From Schmidtea polychroa (Eukaryota): a DNA stretch of 64,000 nucleotides. The DNA is taken from the NCBI GenBank assembly GCA_044892525.1, contig CM097885.1, forward strand, positions 43,960,001-44,024,000. The letters run 5' to 3'. Of the stretch, positions 42,380 through 54,989 are shown in pieces. The notes under the pieces were generated by a model that did no database searches, was not told the origin of the DNA, and saw only the letters and a program-made list of their open reading frames with translations. How positions within the stretch are numbered: the stretch's first letter is position 1; every line of letters starts with the position of its first letter. Both the position numbers and the translations under genes were made by a program.

Positions 42380-45300
42380 TGTTTAAAAAAATGTTTAAAA
42401 AGAAAAGAGTTTTTTGGGATTTACAAATTACTATAGAAGTTTTATTGGAAATTATAAAAGATTTTAAAGAGTTAGAAAAGTTATGTGGCATCAATCAAAC
42501 AAAATTAGTGTTGGGAAATGAATGTGAAACTGCATTTCAAATTATGAAAGAGCAACTGATAAAAGCATCAATACTGGCTTTTTCAGATTTTAGAAATGAA
42601 TTTATATTGAATACAGATTCAAGTTTTGACAAATTTGGAACTGTATTATAACAATTAGATTCTAATCGAAATGAAAGAGTAATCGCTTATGGATCAGATG
42701 CGATGAACGCACATGAGCTCGGATATTGCATCACTTGAAAATAGCTGCTTGCCATTTACTATTTTACGTTACCTTTTAAACACTATTTATATAGAGAGTT
42801 TTTTTCAATTACGAACAGATCATATGGCAATTACATTTATGCTCAAAATCAAGATGACAATTACACCACAATTTCAGGCGTGGATTAATCACTTTAGTAG
42901 TCCAGATATGAAATTAGGGTAGCGGAAAAGTGAATTACATAGCAATTCAGATGCTTGATCATGAAACGAATCCAATACAATTATACAATGTCAGGCGATA
43001 CATGAAGAACCATGGAAATGCAAATTACAGACACGAGTTTTAGCTGTATTGTTAGGAATTGATGGTTCGATGTGGAATAAAGACTCTTTAGAAATTAATG
43101 ATATAAGAGAAAATACAAAAAGAAAAAGAAACTAAGTTTGAAATTTATTAATATAAGACAACTTATAGAGCGTACCCATCAAATTTTAAGTCACGCAAGT
43201 ATAAAGAAAGTTCAGGATAATATTTTACAGACATTTGATTTTGAAAATATAAGAGAACAAATAGAAAAGATACTTCAAAGTGGTGAGGAGTATCAAAAAC
43301 GAAAGGCATTGACAATATGTACGAAAGAAACCATTGTTAATCACATAGACTACTAATTTGTTTGATTTTGCAGAGCTTTGAAAGTTACACTTCATGGAAA
43401 ATATATATTGGTAATGATGGATCGATTCAGTAGATACATTATCATTAAGTGTAGTATCAAGACAAGATGAAGAAACAACAACAACGATGTTTAAAAATAA
43501 TTAGATTTCTAAATATGCAGCACTGAAGTTTATACACTGTAACAGAGGAAAATCGTTTGAAGCAAAATTATTAAAAGATTGAATGAATATTCATCGAATT
43601 GAAATTGTGTATTCAAATGCGTGTCATCATTCAGCTAATGTAATGATTGAAAGACAATTTAGAACATAGATGAGCAACCCACGGCCCGCCGTTTTTTTTG
43701 TTTATATAAAAATAATAGTGATTATTTTTTCACATATAAAATTTAATTGTAATTTTTAATAATTGGTTTATAGTAAATACTTTAAACTTTAAAGTTTATC
43801 TTAAAAAAACTATCTTAAATTTTCAGAGTTTACATTGTTTTTACCATTTAGTTATATGTAAATATAATCATATTAAATTAAAAAACGAAAATCTATCAAA
43901 TGACGTTCATTTTTTCTAAAATATCTTATATAAATATATGACTTAATTATATGACTTTTTGTTTTTTTATTAAAAAAAAAGAATGTCAAAATTAAAATAA
44001 ATGTAAAATATTCAATATTATTATTAATTTCATATATAAGTAAATTTAAATTATTTTTAATATAAACATTACAAGCTTTGTGATAATTATTTTAATGTTA
44101 GACATCCGTAAAAAAAATATTTTTCAACTATTTTTATTTTGTTTAAATACCCAAGAATAATGAGCTCTGATCAAAATAAAAGAAAAATAATGATGAAAAT
44201 CGCCAGTTTAATGAAAAATGGAGAATTGAATATTTTTTTAATATTTTGAAAGACAAAGCAGTATATTTGATATGTTTAGAAAAGGTGTCAGTTTTAAAAG
44301 AAAATAATATTAAACGACACTATGAGACTAAATATGCCACGATATTCTCCAACTTAAAAGGACAAAATCGAAAAGATAAACTTAATGACCTTTTAAAAAA
44401 CATACAACAGCAGCAAAACATATTTAAAGTTAATGCAGCGTCTTCGGGGGTAATCGTTAAAGCTAACTATCTTGTTAGTCAGATTTTGGCAAAAAATCTA
44501 AAGGCTTTTTCAGGTGCAAAGATCGTAAAGGAATGTATGGAAGCTATAGTTGAAACCGTCTTTCCAGATAAAATTAAAATCATTGAAAAAATTAGTTTAT
44601 CAAGAATTACAGTTGCAAAAATGATTGATGAGCTTTCAAAAATATTCAAGAAAATTAAAGATGCGGATTTCAAATCTTGAATGGATTTCATTTGCCCTGG
44701 ATGAGAGTTGTGACATATGTAATACTGTCCAAATGGCGATTTTTGTATAGACTCTAATTTTATAATTTAAAAGACGAAATAAAGCTTTTTTTAGATAAAA
44801 GATAATATTATTTTCCAGAGTTTACTGACAGAAACTGGATGTGTGATTTTGCTTTTTGCATTGATATAACCAAATACTTAAATGATTTAAATATTAGGCT
44901 TCAAGAAAAAGGAAAATTTATTAATGAGATATTTGATGAAATTAAAGTTTTGAAAAAAAGCTTAAAATATTTAAAAAATAATTTACAATGCAATAACATG
45001 TTACACTTTTCGACGTTAGAAAAAGAAAAATCAACTGATCCAAAAAAATATACAGGGGAAATTCAAAGTTTAATAGAAGAATTCAGTTCTCGATTTCAAT
45101 GTTTACGTAAGAATCAAATATATTTTCATCTGTTTGCTTCACTTTTTATTTTGAATATTGACGAGGTGCCAGAAAAAATATCAAATGGAACTTATCGATT
45201 TGCAGTGCAACACTGAACTTAGAAATAATTTTCAGCATGCTAAATTAATAGATTTTTATGAAAAATATTTTAGTGCTGATAAGTTTCTGATACTTGCTAT

Positions 45301-46210
45301 AAAAAAATGCAAAACAAATTATGAGCCTACTTGGAAGTACTTATATTTGTGAACAGCTATTTGCAGAAATGAAAATAATAAAAACCAGCGTCGAAGCAAC
45401 CTGTCTGATGAAAGATTAGAAAATTTTCTGTGTGAGTCAGTTTCATCTATACAGGCCAACGTAGACAAACTTGTAGCTGACAAACAGTGGCAAAAATCGC
45501 ACTAAAAATAAAAACTTTCTCATTATTTTATATTTAGCATAAATTTATATGTAATAAAATTTGAGCAAATATGTATTCTTTTAATAATAAATAATTTATA
45601 AATGTAAATATTTTAAACAACACTTTAATATTAAAAAAATTAAAACCGCGGCCCAAAAAAAATTTATTTTTTTTGGCCATTTAATAAAAAGGTTCCTCAT
45701 CACTGATTTAGAACAATACGAAATGCTATCCAAATTTCAGATAAATAGAACAGATAAATAGAGAAAGAGACTGAATAATGACATAAATAGAAAAGAATGA
45801 AAGAAAAATGTATTATAGTAATGAGTTATGAACTAATCTAGAATTTTATGTCAGTGATAATGTATGGATTAAGAAGGATGTAACAACAAAAGATGATAAT
45901 AGATATAGGAGAAATAATGGAACAAAAGCATGATCGGAGCAACGTGATAAAAATGCCATGAAGAAAAATAAAAACAAATATGGCTAAAAGATTTTAAAAT
46001 TTAAAAATATATTTTAAAAGGAGAGGATGTATTTATAAATATTAATATATTCGGATGTTTGTGGTATGTTAAAATTATATAATTACATTACTCGGAACAT
46101 TATTTAAATTTGTTTAAAATTCTCAACATAAATTTTATTGGAAAATTGTTTTTGCTTTATTAATATATTATTAAAATAACTTATGAATAAAGTTAAATCT
46201 TCTTCTAACA
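42380..46210 (+). mobile_element. Gypsy/Ty3 pol remnant with polypurine tract and start of the 3' LTR, interrupted by a hAT
   Basis: FLGFTNYYRSF, LAFSDFRNEFILNTDSS, FQLRTDH, THQILSH, DRFSRY, MIERQFR|TIRNAI rejoined across the hAT; PPT AAAAGGAGAGGA then TGT at 46028; right boundary approximate. Confidence 0.85.
43665..45705 (+). mobile_element. hAT (GTF2IRD2/SPIN-like) transposon, internally deleted
   Basis: TIRs CATAGATGAGCAACC / GGTTCCTCATCACTG; perfect TSD ATTTAGAA (43657-43664, 45706-45713); transposase pieces ICLEKVSVLKENNIKRHYETK, SLSRITV, ALDESCD, GSTYICEQLF. Confidence 0.93.
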
Positions 46211-47269
46211 ATATTTAATAAATAAAGCATGTTGAGCCTAATGGGTTAATTTAACATCTCTCAATAATTTTGCAAATAATAAATTTATTTAAAATTAATA
46301 ATTTATTAACTTAAATAATTTTGATCTTTATCTATTCTTAGCTTTATCATTATCATGAATTTTAATTTGCAGGCTATTGCTCAAATAATTAATTTTATTT
46401 GAACTATTTTATTGTTTTAAAGATTTTGTAAAAGCAAATGAAAATTTCTTTTTATTTAAAAGAATTTCTTATTAAAATCTTTTTGATCTAATTCAGTTTC
46501 ACTAAAATCATTATTATGTATAATGATTAAATTAATTTTATTAATATTTTTTCAAACTTTTTTTACATTTTTTAAACAAGAAAATATAATTTAAACGTAA
46601 TTTAAATTAAAATATAATTAAAATTTACATTTTATGAAATGATTAAATATTATGCATCTTTTTTTTTATAATTATCAGTTCATTAAATCTTATTCAGCAT
46701 ATTCTAAAATTTGAATTTTTTCAAAATCTTATTTATAAAAATCTATTTTTAACTTAAAATTGACAATGAAACTAAAATTTTTAAACGATTAGAGTTTATC
46801 AATTGTTTTTTTCTCAAAACTATTGATTTTACTGTTGGCATTTAATTGCTTATTGATTAACATTTTGAAAAATTTTGAAATAATTTTAGAAATAACCAAA
46901 TTTAATTTATTTGAAATAAATTGCACACACTTACCAAAAGTTCGGTAATTTGCAAAAAAAAATGACAATAAATAGATGTCACGTAAGTGTGATGAACAAA
47001 TTCTCTGCTTATAATAGATTCAAATTGGAAATGGTGCACCTAATATGTATAATAGCATTTCATGTGTGTTTGAGCATATTTTATATGTATCTTCATATAA
47101 ATAAAGAGGAATTAAATTTGTTTTTTGTTTTTCAAATATGATTTCTACTTGAAAGTAGTTCCCAATATTTTATTTCTGAAATAATATACATGCAATTATT
47201 ATTTACCGCGGATTTTTTTAAACAAATTTTATTCAACAAAAACAATATTAACATTTAATGAAAACATCT

Positions 47270-48200
47270 TTAAATGATTATTCCGGTGTATATTCACCAT
47301 CTACTTCAATTACGGCTTTCCATCTGGTTGGGAGCCGGTCGGTTTCGCTGAGATCGATTGACATGAAAATCTGTAGTCGCTTCTATGGGCGGATATGTCG
47401 GATGAAGAAGCAGTTCCCAGTCATTATTGGCGATCGATTTGACGACACAACGCTCAACATGTGTACGCGCATTATTGTGGTAAAAGACATGTGGTTCTTT
47501 TTGCTTGTTCTTTCTTTCTCGATTGCAGCGTGATTGCGGTAAAATTGAGCCATTTAGAAGTAACAGTTGGTTTTAAATTGCCGCCTGCAGTTTTTGTTTG
47601 AAAACTGACACTGTTGAAGCTAATCGTCGATATTCCACCAAAAGAAATTCTGTTTGAGATAATTTTCCAATGGATAATTCCGTTTCTGTTCCACCAAACA
47701 CACCATATTGGCTGCTTACAGTTTTTTGGTTGAAAAACTTGGTGAAACGCAAACCTTCTTTCTTTTTGACGTTTTTGAAGAAAACTCATGATTCTTCTTC
47801 AATGATAAAATTCTTCAGAAAACAGTTTACTCGTTTCGCATCAACAAATCGGTAAAAATTCGGACTCGCTCGGCTTTATTGTTGTCGAAGAGTTTAAGGG
47901 AGATTCATCCAGCAAATTTCTATATCGTTTTGAGCTTCTTCAGACGGCGAACAATGATCGAATGATTTACATTGAAGTATTTGACCAACATTCTCGTTGT
48001 CAAATTTTCGTCCTCTTTCCCGACTGCCAAAAGTGTCTGGTAGTCGAAATTTAATGATCGATCTCTTCTTTCTTTATCTTTACTGATTGTTCTTTCACCA
48101 AAAGGTTCGTTGAGATCGCAAAATGGCTGTGCAACATTCGAACTTACTCAAAGTGGTTGAGTCTTTTTATCCTGTGATTTAGAATTTTCTAAATGAGGAT
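47270..48200 (-). pseudogene. mariner-family transposase relic
   Basis: CVWWNRNGIIHW, YHNNARTH, WELLLHPTYPP.EATTDFHVNRS, LPTRWKAVIEVDGEY; TIRs not resolved. Confidence 0.85.
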
Positions 48201-48779
48201 ATTTATCAATTTGGTCTATAATTTTTTTTAATGTAATTGATGTAATCTAACCCTTAATGAATGAAGGCTGAAGTTTTGTTTAGAGCTTTAGGAGATCTGG
48301 ACATTAAAAAGAGAATCAAGCTCCTTTTATATATAAACAAGAATGGGGGGGGTTAGTATTTAGTTTATAAAATCACAATTTTTGACGTTATGTTAATTTA
48401 TATTGTTAGTTTTAAATTACAAAAAAAGATACAAATTAAAATAAAAATCAATATTAAATTTTTTAAGCACTCTTTTTTTACATTTCCTGGGATATTTGTT
48501 TGGCTTTTTTAGAGATAGTCATAATTTGTATTAAAAATTATTTTAAAAAAGTTACAAAATTTATATTTTAACAATACAATGGCAATAATTTAATAAATAT
48601 AAAACAAAATTTAATATTACTATATATTTATTGAAAATTTTAATATTTTTCAAATTAAATTAATGTAATCAGAAGATTAGATGTTCTGGTTTAAACAAAA
48701 ATTGCAAAAAAAGCAATTGAAAAATAATTAAGATTAAATTAACTGTTGAGAGAAATTTTTCCATATATGTATACCATAT

Positions 48780-49680
48780 TTTTAACAATTATTCTTTTTA
48801 AAAATAATTTTCAATAATCAATTATATCTAAACTTTTAAAATTATTAAAAATATTATTTTAATTATTTTTTTTAAATATTTTAACCGTGATCGGATTATT
48901 GCACACACGAAAAATGCCCACACGAAAATTGCCCACAGATAGTATTGCGCACACGATTAATGCCCACACAGAATAATGCCCACAAAGAAAAATGCCCACA
49001 TAGACAAATGCCCACAAGGAATTATATATACAATGAATTTTATTTTAGTAAAGAGGTAAACATTTTATTGTTTATTAATTACCGATTATTATTAAATAAA
49101 TATTACTGGATAAAAATCTACCCAATTATGGGTTTTTATAGTTACAGAATAATAAGATAATAATTCTAGATAGAATATAATTTTTGATTTTTTCTCTATT
49201 TATTTTAATTTAATTTTTATATTTAAAATAATTTTTCGTGTGGGCATTTTTCCTTGTGGGCATTTCTCTATGTGGGCATTTTTCCTTGTGGGCATTATTC
49301 TGTGTGGGCATTATTCTGTGTGGGCATTAATCGTGTGCGCAATACTATCTGTGGGCAATTTTCTGTGGGCAATTTTCGTGTGGGCATTTTTCGTGTGGGC
49401 AATAATCATCGAATCATATTTAACATAACTATTATTAATATACATCAACATAGAAAAACTTAATTAAAAACATTCAACACACAAGTATTCACTGTATTCT
49501 GCACATTGATTTTAGGATTAAAAGTTCTTATCAATAATGCTTCACATATCACACGCTCAAAACAATTATCAAATTTTTTGCTAAGAATTTAAAATCAGAC
49601 ATTCCTAATTCTCTCATACAGACTTTACTGTGATCCTTAACCAGTTGACAGTTGGTGTCCTTATGTTCTTTACATCTCAA
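48780..49680 (-). mobile_element. PLE family B fragment split by a MITE
   Basis: 49416-49600 is the reverse complement of 26110-26295 (ERVICEALLIRTFNPKINVQ); weaker similarity continues left of the MITE. Confidence 0.7.
48886..49415. mobile_element. Foldback/Mutator-like MITE with tandem-repeat TIRs
   Basis: 8 TGCCCAC-core units (period about 15-16 bp) on the left and 11 inverted units on the right; near-duplicated flank ATATTT(T)AAC. Confidence 0.8.
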
Positions 49681-50202
49681 ATGTAAGATATTATTAGGGA
49701 TGGCTAAACCGGCTGATAGATGAAAAAGGAACTCATATAGAAAAGTATTAACTGAGTAATTATAAAGGCCTACACTCTATATTATTATTGTTAATAAGTT
49801 GTTGTGTTCATGTTGATTGAGAGAATGGTTCTACGCCTCTCTTTGAGGAGATACGTCTTACCGGCTAAGAACCCTTGATTTAAACATTTAAATTTGCAAC
49901 TGAAGCACCTTTTGAAAACAAATTGTTATCAATATACTTTCTACAAATATTATAATATTTTATAAAAGCAATTTTGTCCTGATTATAGAACTCAAACTGA
50001 CAGATCATACGTTGTTCATCATAACTCATTATTTTCCTGCTCTCTTTATTGCCGGATAATTCATGAAAAAAAAGAACATTTCCAAAATTGGAATATTATA
50101 TTAGCTATTATTTAACAAATTTTTTTAATTTCAGAAATTTGATTTATTTTCATTAAAATATTTTGGCTCATTTGGCTCATTTAATAGTTTCATCTTCTAA
50201 GG

Positions 50203-52672
50203 CAGGGGTGGGCAAACTACGGCCCGCGGGCCGCATGCGGCCCGTATGCATGTACATGTGGCGATCCTATGCGAAATTAATTTTCTTTGTTTGGAGCTTA
50301 GACTTGCAGTTTTGCCTATATTTTTGAAATGTATTTCTTATTGCTTTGATTCGAATTTATGGATATTAAATCGATTTTATGGCTCCAGAATATTATTTAT
50401 TACTGGTCATTACTAGTTAACATTGAAACTGCTTTTCCGCTCAACCAGAAGAGGATTTTATTTACAATTTACATTTTGAAAGTCTTTGTAAAAATTGTAA
50501 TTTTAAAGCGAATAGACTTTGAATTACCCATGAGTGTTGCTAAAAAAAGAAAGATTGAAGACGAATGTCGTGCTTTTAATGTCGAATGGACTGCTAAATA
50601 CTGCTTCACGAGCGTTGGGAGCAAATCAGTCTGCTTGCTGTGTCGTGAGTGTGTGAGCGTCTTTAAAGAGTACAACTTGAAAAGACACTACGAAACAAGA
50701 CATTTGGATTTCGGGCGCAATTTAACGAACGAAGAGAGAAAAAAGAAATGCCAAGAGTTGGTTAATAATTTAAAGAAGCAGCAAACTGTTCTCACCAAAC
50801 ATTCTGTAATACAAGATATTGCAACCGAGACCAGTTTGATGCTGTCCCATAAGATTGTAAAACGTAACAAGCCCTTTTCTTACGGCGAGTTCATTAAGGA
50901 ATGCTTGTCAGATGCAGCAAGCATTATGTGTCCAGACAGAAAACAAAATTTGACAGCATTTCTTTATCAAGGAGAACCGTAGTCAGGCGTGTTGAAAAGA
51001 TAAGTGACAATTTGATGCACCAACTTCGAGATGCAAGCAAAGACTTTTTGTGGTATTCTCTTGCATTGGACGAAAGTACCGATGTACAGGACACAGCCCA
51101 AATGTTGGTATTTATACGGGGAATAAACACTCGTTTCGAGCTTACTGAAGAATTACTTAGTGTTGAGCCGCTCAAAGACACAACCACAGGCCAGGATTTA
51201 TTCAACTCTGTTGAGAACTGTGTTGAAAGAACTGGGTTGATGTGGAACAAGATGGCAAGTGTAACAACCGATGGAGCGCGAGCTTTGACTGGAAAAAATG
51301 TTGGTCTGGTGAAGTTGATGAATAATAAAATTAAAGAAAAACATCCTAACCATGTACTTTACCTCTCCACTGTGTCATCCATCAGGAAAGTCTGTGTAAA
51401 GCTGCATTGCATATTAAGCATGTTATTGATCCAGTTGTCAGTGTGATAAAACTCATCAGAGCCAGGGCACTTAATCACAGGCAGTTTCAGACACTGCTTA
51501 AAGATTTGGAAACTGAATATTCTGACGTTATCTACCACAGCAGTGTCCGCTGGCTAAGCCTAGGCAAGATATTAAGGCGAGTGTGGGATCTCAAGGAAAA
51601 AATAGTTATGTTCTTGGAGATGAAGGGGGTTGTTTGTGACTTTGGCACTAACATTGTTAACGAAGAGTGGAAGTCAGACTTCATGTTTGCCATTGACATT
51701 ATGGAAAAGTTGAATGAGCTGAATGTTAAACTTCAGGGCAATAGCTTGTTTGCACATGAAATGTATGTACATGTTAAATCATTTCAGGCAAAACTCTCCC
51801 TGTTCTCTAGGCAAGCTGGTGAAAACAGGTTTTGCAATTTCCCTTTGCTGAATCAGAATACCATTTCTGGTCAAATGGCTGACAAGTACAAGGCTCAGTT
51901 GGATGCCTTGGTTGTGGAGTTTGAAAGGAGGTTCCAAGACTTCAAAACCCTAGAACCACTCTTCAATATCCTCAGTTCGCCATTTAGTGCAGAAGCTGAT
52001 TCAGCCCCAGAGGATATACAGTTAGAACTGCTTGACTTACAAGCAGAAAATGACCTGAAGGAGAAGTTCAAGTCAGTTCTTATGGCTGTTTGTTAGCAGC
52101 AGTATTTCCGCAGCTAAAACACTTTGCTGCCAAGCTTTTGTCACTATTTGGGTCCACATACATTTGTGAGCAAGCGTTTTCTTGTATGAAAATAAATAAG
52201 TCTAAGAACAGATCGATGTTGACTGGCTGCAATTTAAATGCAGTTATGCGAATCACAACCAGTAAACTGGTTCCACAGTTCAAGAAAATTATTCAAAATT
52301 GTGAACAGTTACATACTTCTCATTAATTATATTTGTACATTGTGGTCGGCTTGTATGTAAATAAAGTTTCTTTGTCTTCATAATTATTATGACGTGTAAC
52401 AATAAACTTTTGTTGGAATAATTATGAATAGTAAAATCTTATTCCCAAATTAGCAATTCGTTTAGTTCCTATTTGAAAATGTAATGTGCCTTTGTAATAG
52501 AGTGGGAATGTGAAATAAACTGACAAATACATGACTATTCTCATCAATTCATATTTTCATAAGTTGTAAAAATTGTAACTAAAGTAAAGTAGTAGACAAA
52601 ATATATATGCGGCCCCCGATAACAATCAAGTTTTCTATGTGGCCCTTTATAGAAAAAGTTTGCCCACCCCTG
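50203..52672 (+). mobile_element. Near-complete young hAT (GTF2IRD2/SPIN-like) transposon
   Basis: Perfect 16-bp TIR CAGGGGTGGGCAAACT, perfect TSD TTCTAAGG (50195-50202, 52673-52680), subterminal GCGGCCC motifs. Confidence 0.97.
50530..52326 (+). pseudogene. hAT transposase with three frameshifts (~50940, ~51358, ~52088)
   Basis: MSVAKKRK..CLLCRE..KRHYETRH, ALDESTD, VTTDGA, HCVIH, VRWLS, FGSTYICEQAFS. Confidence 0.93.
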
Positions 52673-53508
52673 TTCTAAGGCAAGGATTCCCAAAGTGCTG
52701 CCCTCGAAATGTTGAAATGTGGCTAGTGAACCGCCGATCTAAGATCGGAGATCTTAATTTTAAAAAATATTTTATATTTTTAATTTTAAAAAACCTTCAG
52801 TTCAAATGAATTCAGGCCAAATGCAAACATATTTTTATTCATAAAAAACAAATTTCAATCAATAGAAAATATAACTTCTCAGTAAAGGCACCATTCTTTT
52901 TTTAAGACACTCCCATGAAAAAGTATAATATTTTATAAGTAGAAGTCTATTATTACTTTTTTAAAAGGATAATAATAATAATTATTATTATTATTATTTG
53001 GTTATTATTATTACAGTCGGTAGTGACTCTGGCTCCTCGTGCTATTTGTTTCAATTAATCGAATAAGACCCAAAGCAAATAATTTATTGAATTGCAATCA
53101 GTTTTCACAAAATTATCACTGCACTTTTAACTCAGCGTAACTGTCATTATAATTTTCATCTCCATTATATCCATTCTTACAAGAAACATCATAAAACATT
53201 TTGGAAGTATCATTAGTTTCGGCTGTCATATAATTCTCTTCAGAGAAAAACAAAGGTGAGCAAATAATGAAATCTTTATGTTCAATAATCTTTGATCTTT
53301 TCCAATCGTTAAAATCTTCAAATTTCGTTTGGTCATTTCCTTTTCAACAACTTTGAACAATTAAAAAATCACAAAATGTTGAAAAACTTTTATTTTCAAA
53401 ATACAACAACAATTCAAAATAATATCACCTTTTGAAACAACTGAAAATTTAATCATAAATCCAAAATTCCAAAATAAATCCAAAGAATTAAAATCAATTC
53501 AAATCATA

Positions 53509-54458
53509 AATTGCCCGCGTCTGTGTGCGCACACAAAAAAAATCCAATTTCAGAATACACCAAACACCACTGAGATACATTCTCTATAGTGGTGGTTGGC
53601 GTGTAAAGCAATTCACTCACTGTATTTACCGATTGGCTATATTTACCAATTAATCATCATCAATTTGAATATGAATTTGATGTTTTTTGGAAATTTATTT
53701 TAGCCATTTTAGAAATGGCTTTCAGGTAAGATATTTAATTTTAAGTAAAGTTTAAGTCTTGAATTTTGATCCATATAGATATGAGATCATTATTCAAGTT
53801 CTTAAATATTACTTTTAATCAACAATATAATTATAAATTATTTTTAATTAATTTTCAGGCTTTTTAGGAATTTTATGTCTTTTACTAAAGTATTTTGGAA
53901 TTATTTCGAAAAAATGTGAGTCCAATATATTTTTAATTATAATTAATTAAATAAATCAATCAATGTATTTTTTTAAAACATTTTGGGAAAAATCGCCGAT
54001 TAGAATAATTTTTGTAATTTTTTTTCTGAGCTCAATATGAGGGGATTCTTAAAGGAAATCAAATCTGGAGTAAAAAGATTTTGAACCAAATTCATCTGCT
54101 CTTGATATTTTCATTAAAAATATAATTTAAAAAATTTTCAACGATCTTTTTTTTCTAAAAATTGTCTAAAATAGAATTATTATAGAAACGTATCTCATCG
54201 TTACAATTTTACGAATCAAAAGTTTGTATGTATTTTTTATTATGTGTTGTGCTTGTGTGCATTTTTTAATTTTCCTTCCACTTTTCAGATTTCTATAATA
54301 TAAGATGTATCTCATTGAGCTATAAATGAGAACATCAACGTGAAATCAAAGTAAGTATGTATGTTTCTATAATGTAAGATTATTGATTTTTTTGTTATAT
54401 TATAGGAAATGCATCTCAGTGGTGTTTGGTGTACCAAACACACACAGACGCGACAATT
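53509..54458. mobile_element. Non-autonomous TIR element, superfamily unresolved
   Basis: 33-bp inverted repeat TACACCAAACACCACTGAGAT(A/G)CATT..TATA (53556-53588, 54401-54433) plus outer CGCGTCTGTGTG inverted pair. Confidence 0.7.
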
Positions 54459-54989
54459 AAACTCATGATTCACCACTACGACCACTTTGTTTTTTAAACC
54501 ATTTTCTCACTTACAAATTTTGAAAACAAAATAATTAAATTAGACAACCACAACATATTTATGTAAGTGGCATTTTGTTTTTTACTAAATAATTATTTAG
54601 GAGACATTTCGCTTCTTTCCTCAAAGATCCTGTTCAGGTAATCTTATTTTTAAAAAAACCTTATTCCTTTATTGATTTCTGATGAAAAGCTAATCTCATT
54701 ATTATTCTCATTTATTGCTCGAGTTTACCACGTAGCTATTAAATTATTTAATTATTTTTAATTAATTTATATTTTTTGAATTACTCTTTCTGAATAACCC
54801 CCTTTGATTTTATATTAGTGTATTTGTTATTAGCCATTTGTACATACTTGTTTACCCTACAATATGTCAATTTTTTATTTCTTAAAATTTTAATTAATTC
54901 ATTATTACCGAATTTTATAATTTTAGCCATTTTTATCGATTTGTGTTCTATTATGTGTATATTTAAATTTCTTTTGCACCACTCTAGAT

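Noticed and set aside
48900..49400. Regularly spaced repeats resembling a CRISPR array
   Set aside because: Period of about 15-16 bp, no unique spacers, arrays are mutually inverted, eukaryotic context and no cas genes; it is a foldback TIR
50359..50529. N-terminal extension of the transposase ORF from 50359
   Set aside because: Similarity to the family starts at MSVAKKRK (50530); the upstream part looks like open UTR
52681..52720. hAT-like terminus CAAGGATTCCCAAAGTG directly after the TSD of the young hAT
   Set aside because: No partner TIR or second TSD found
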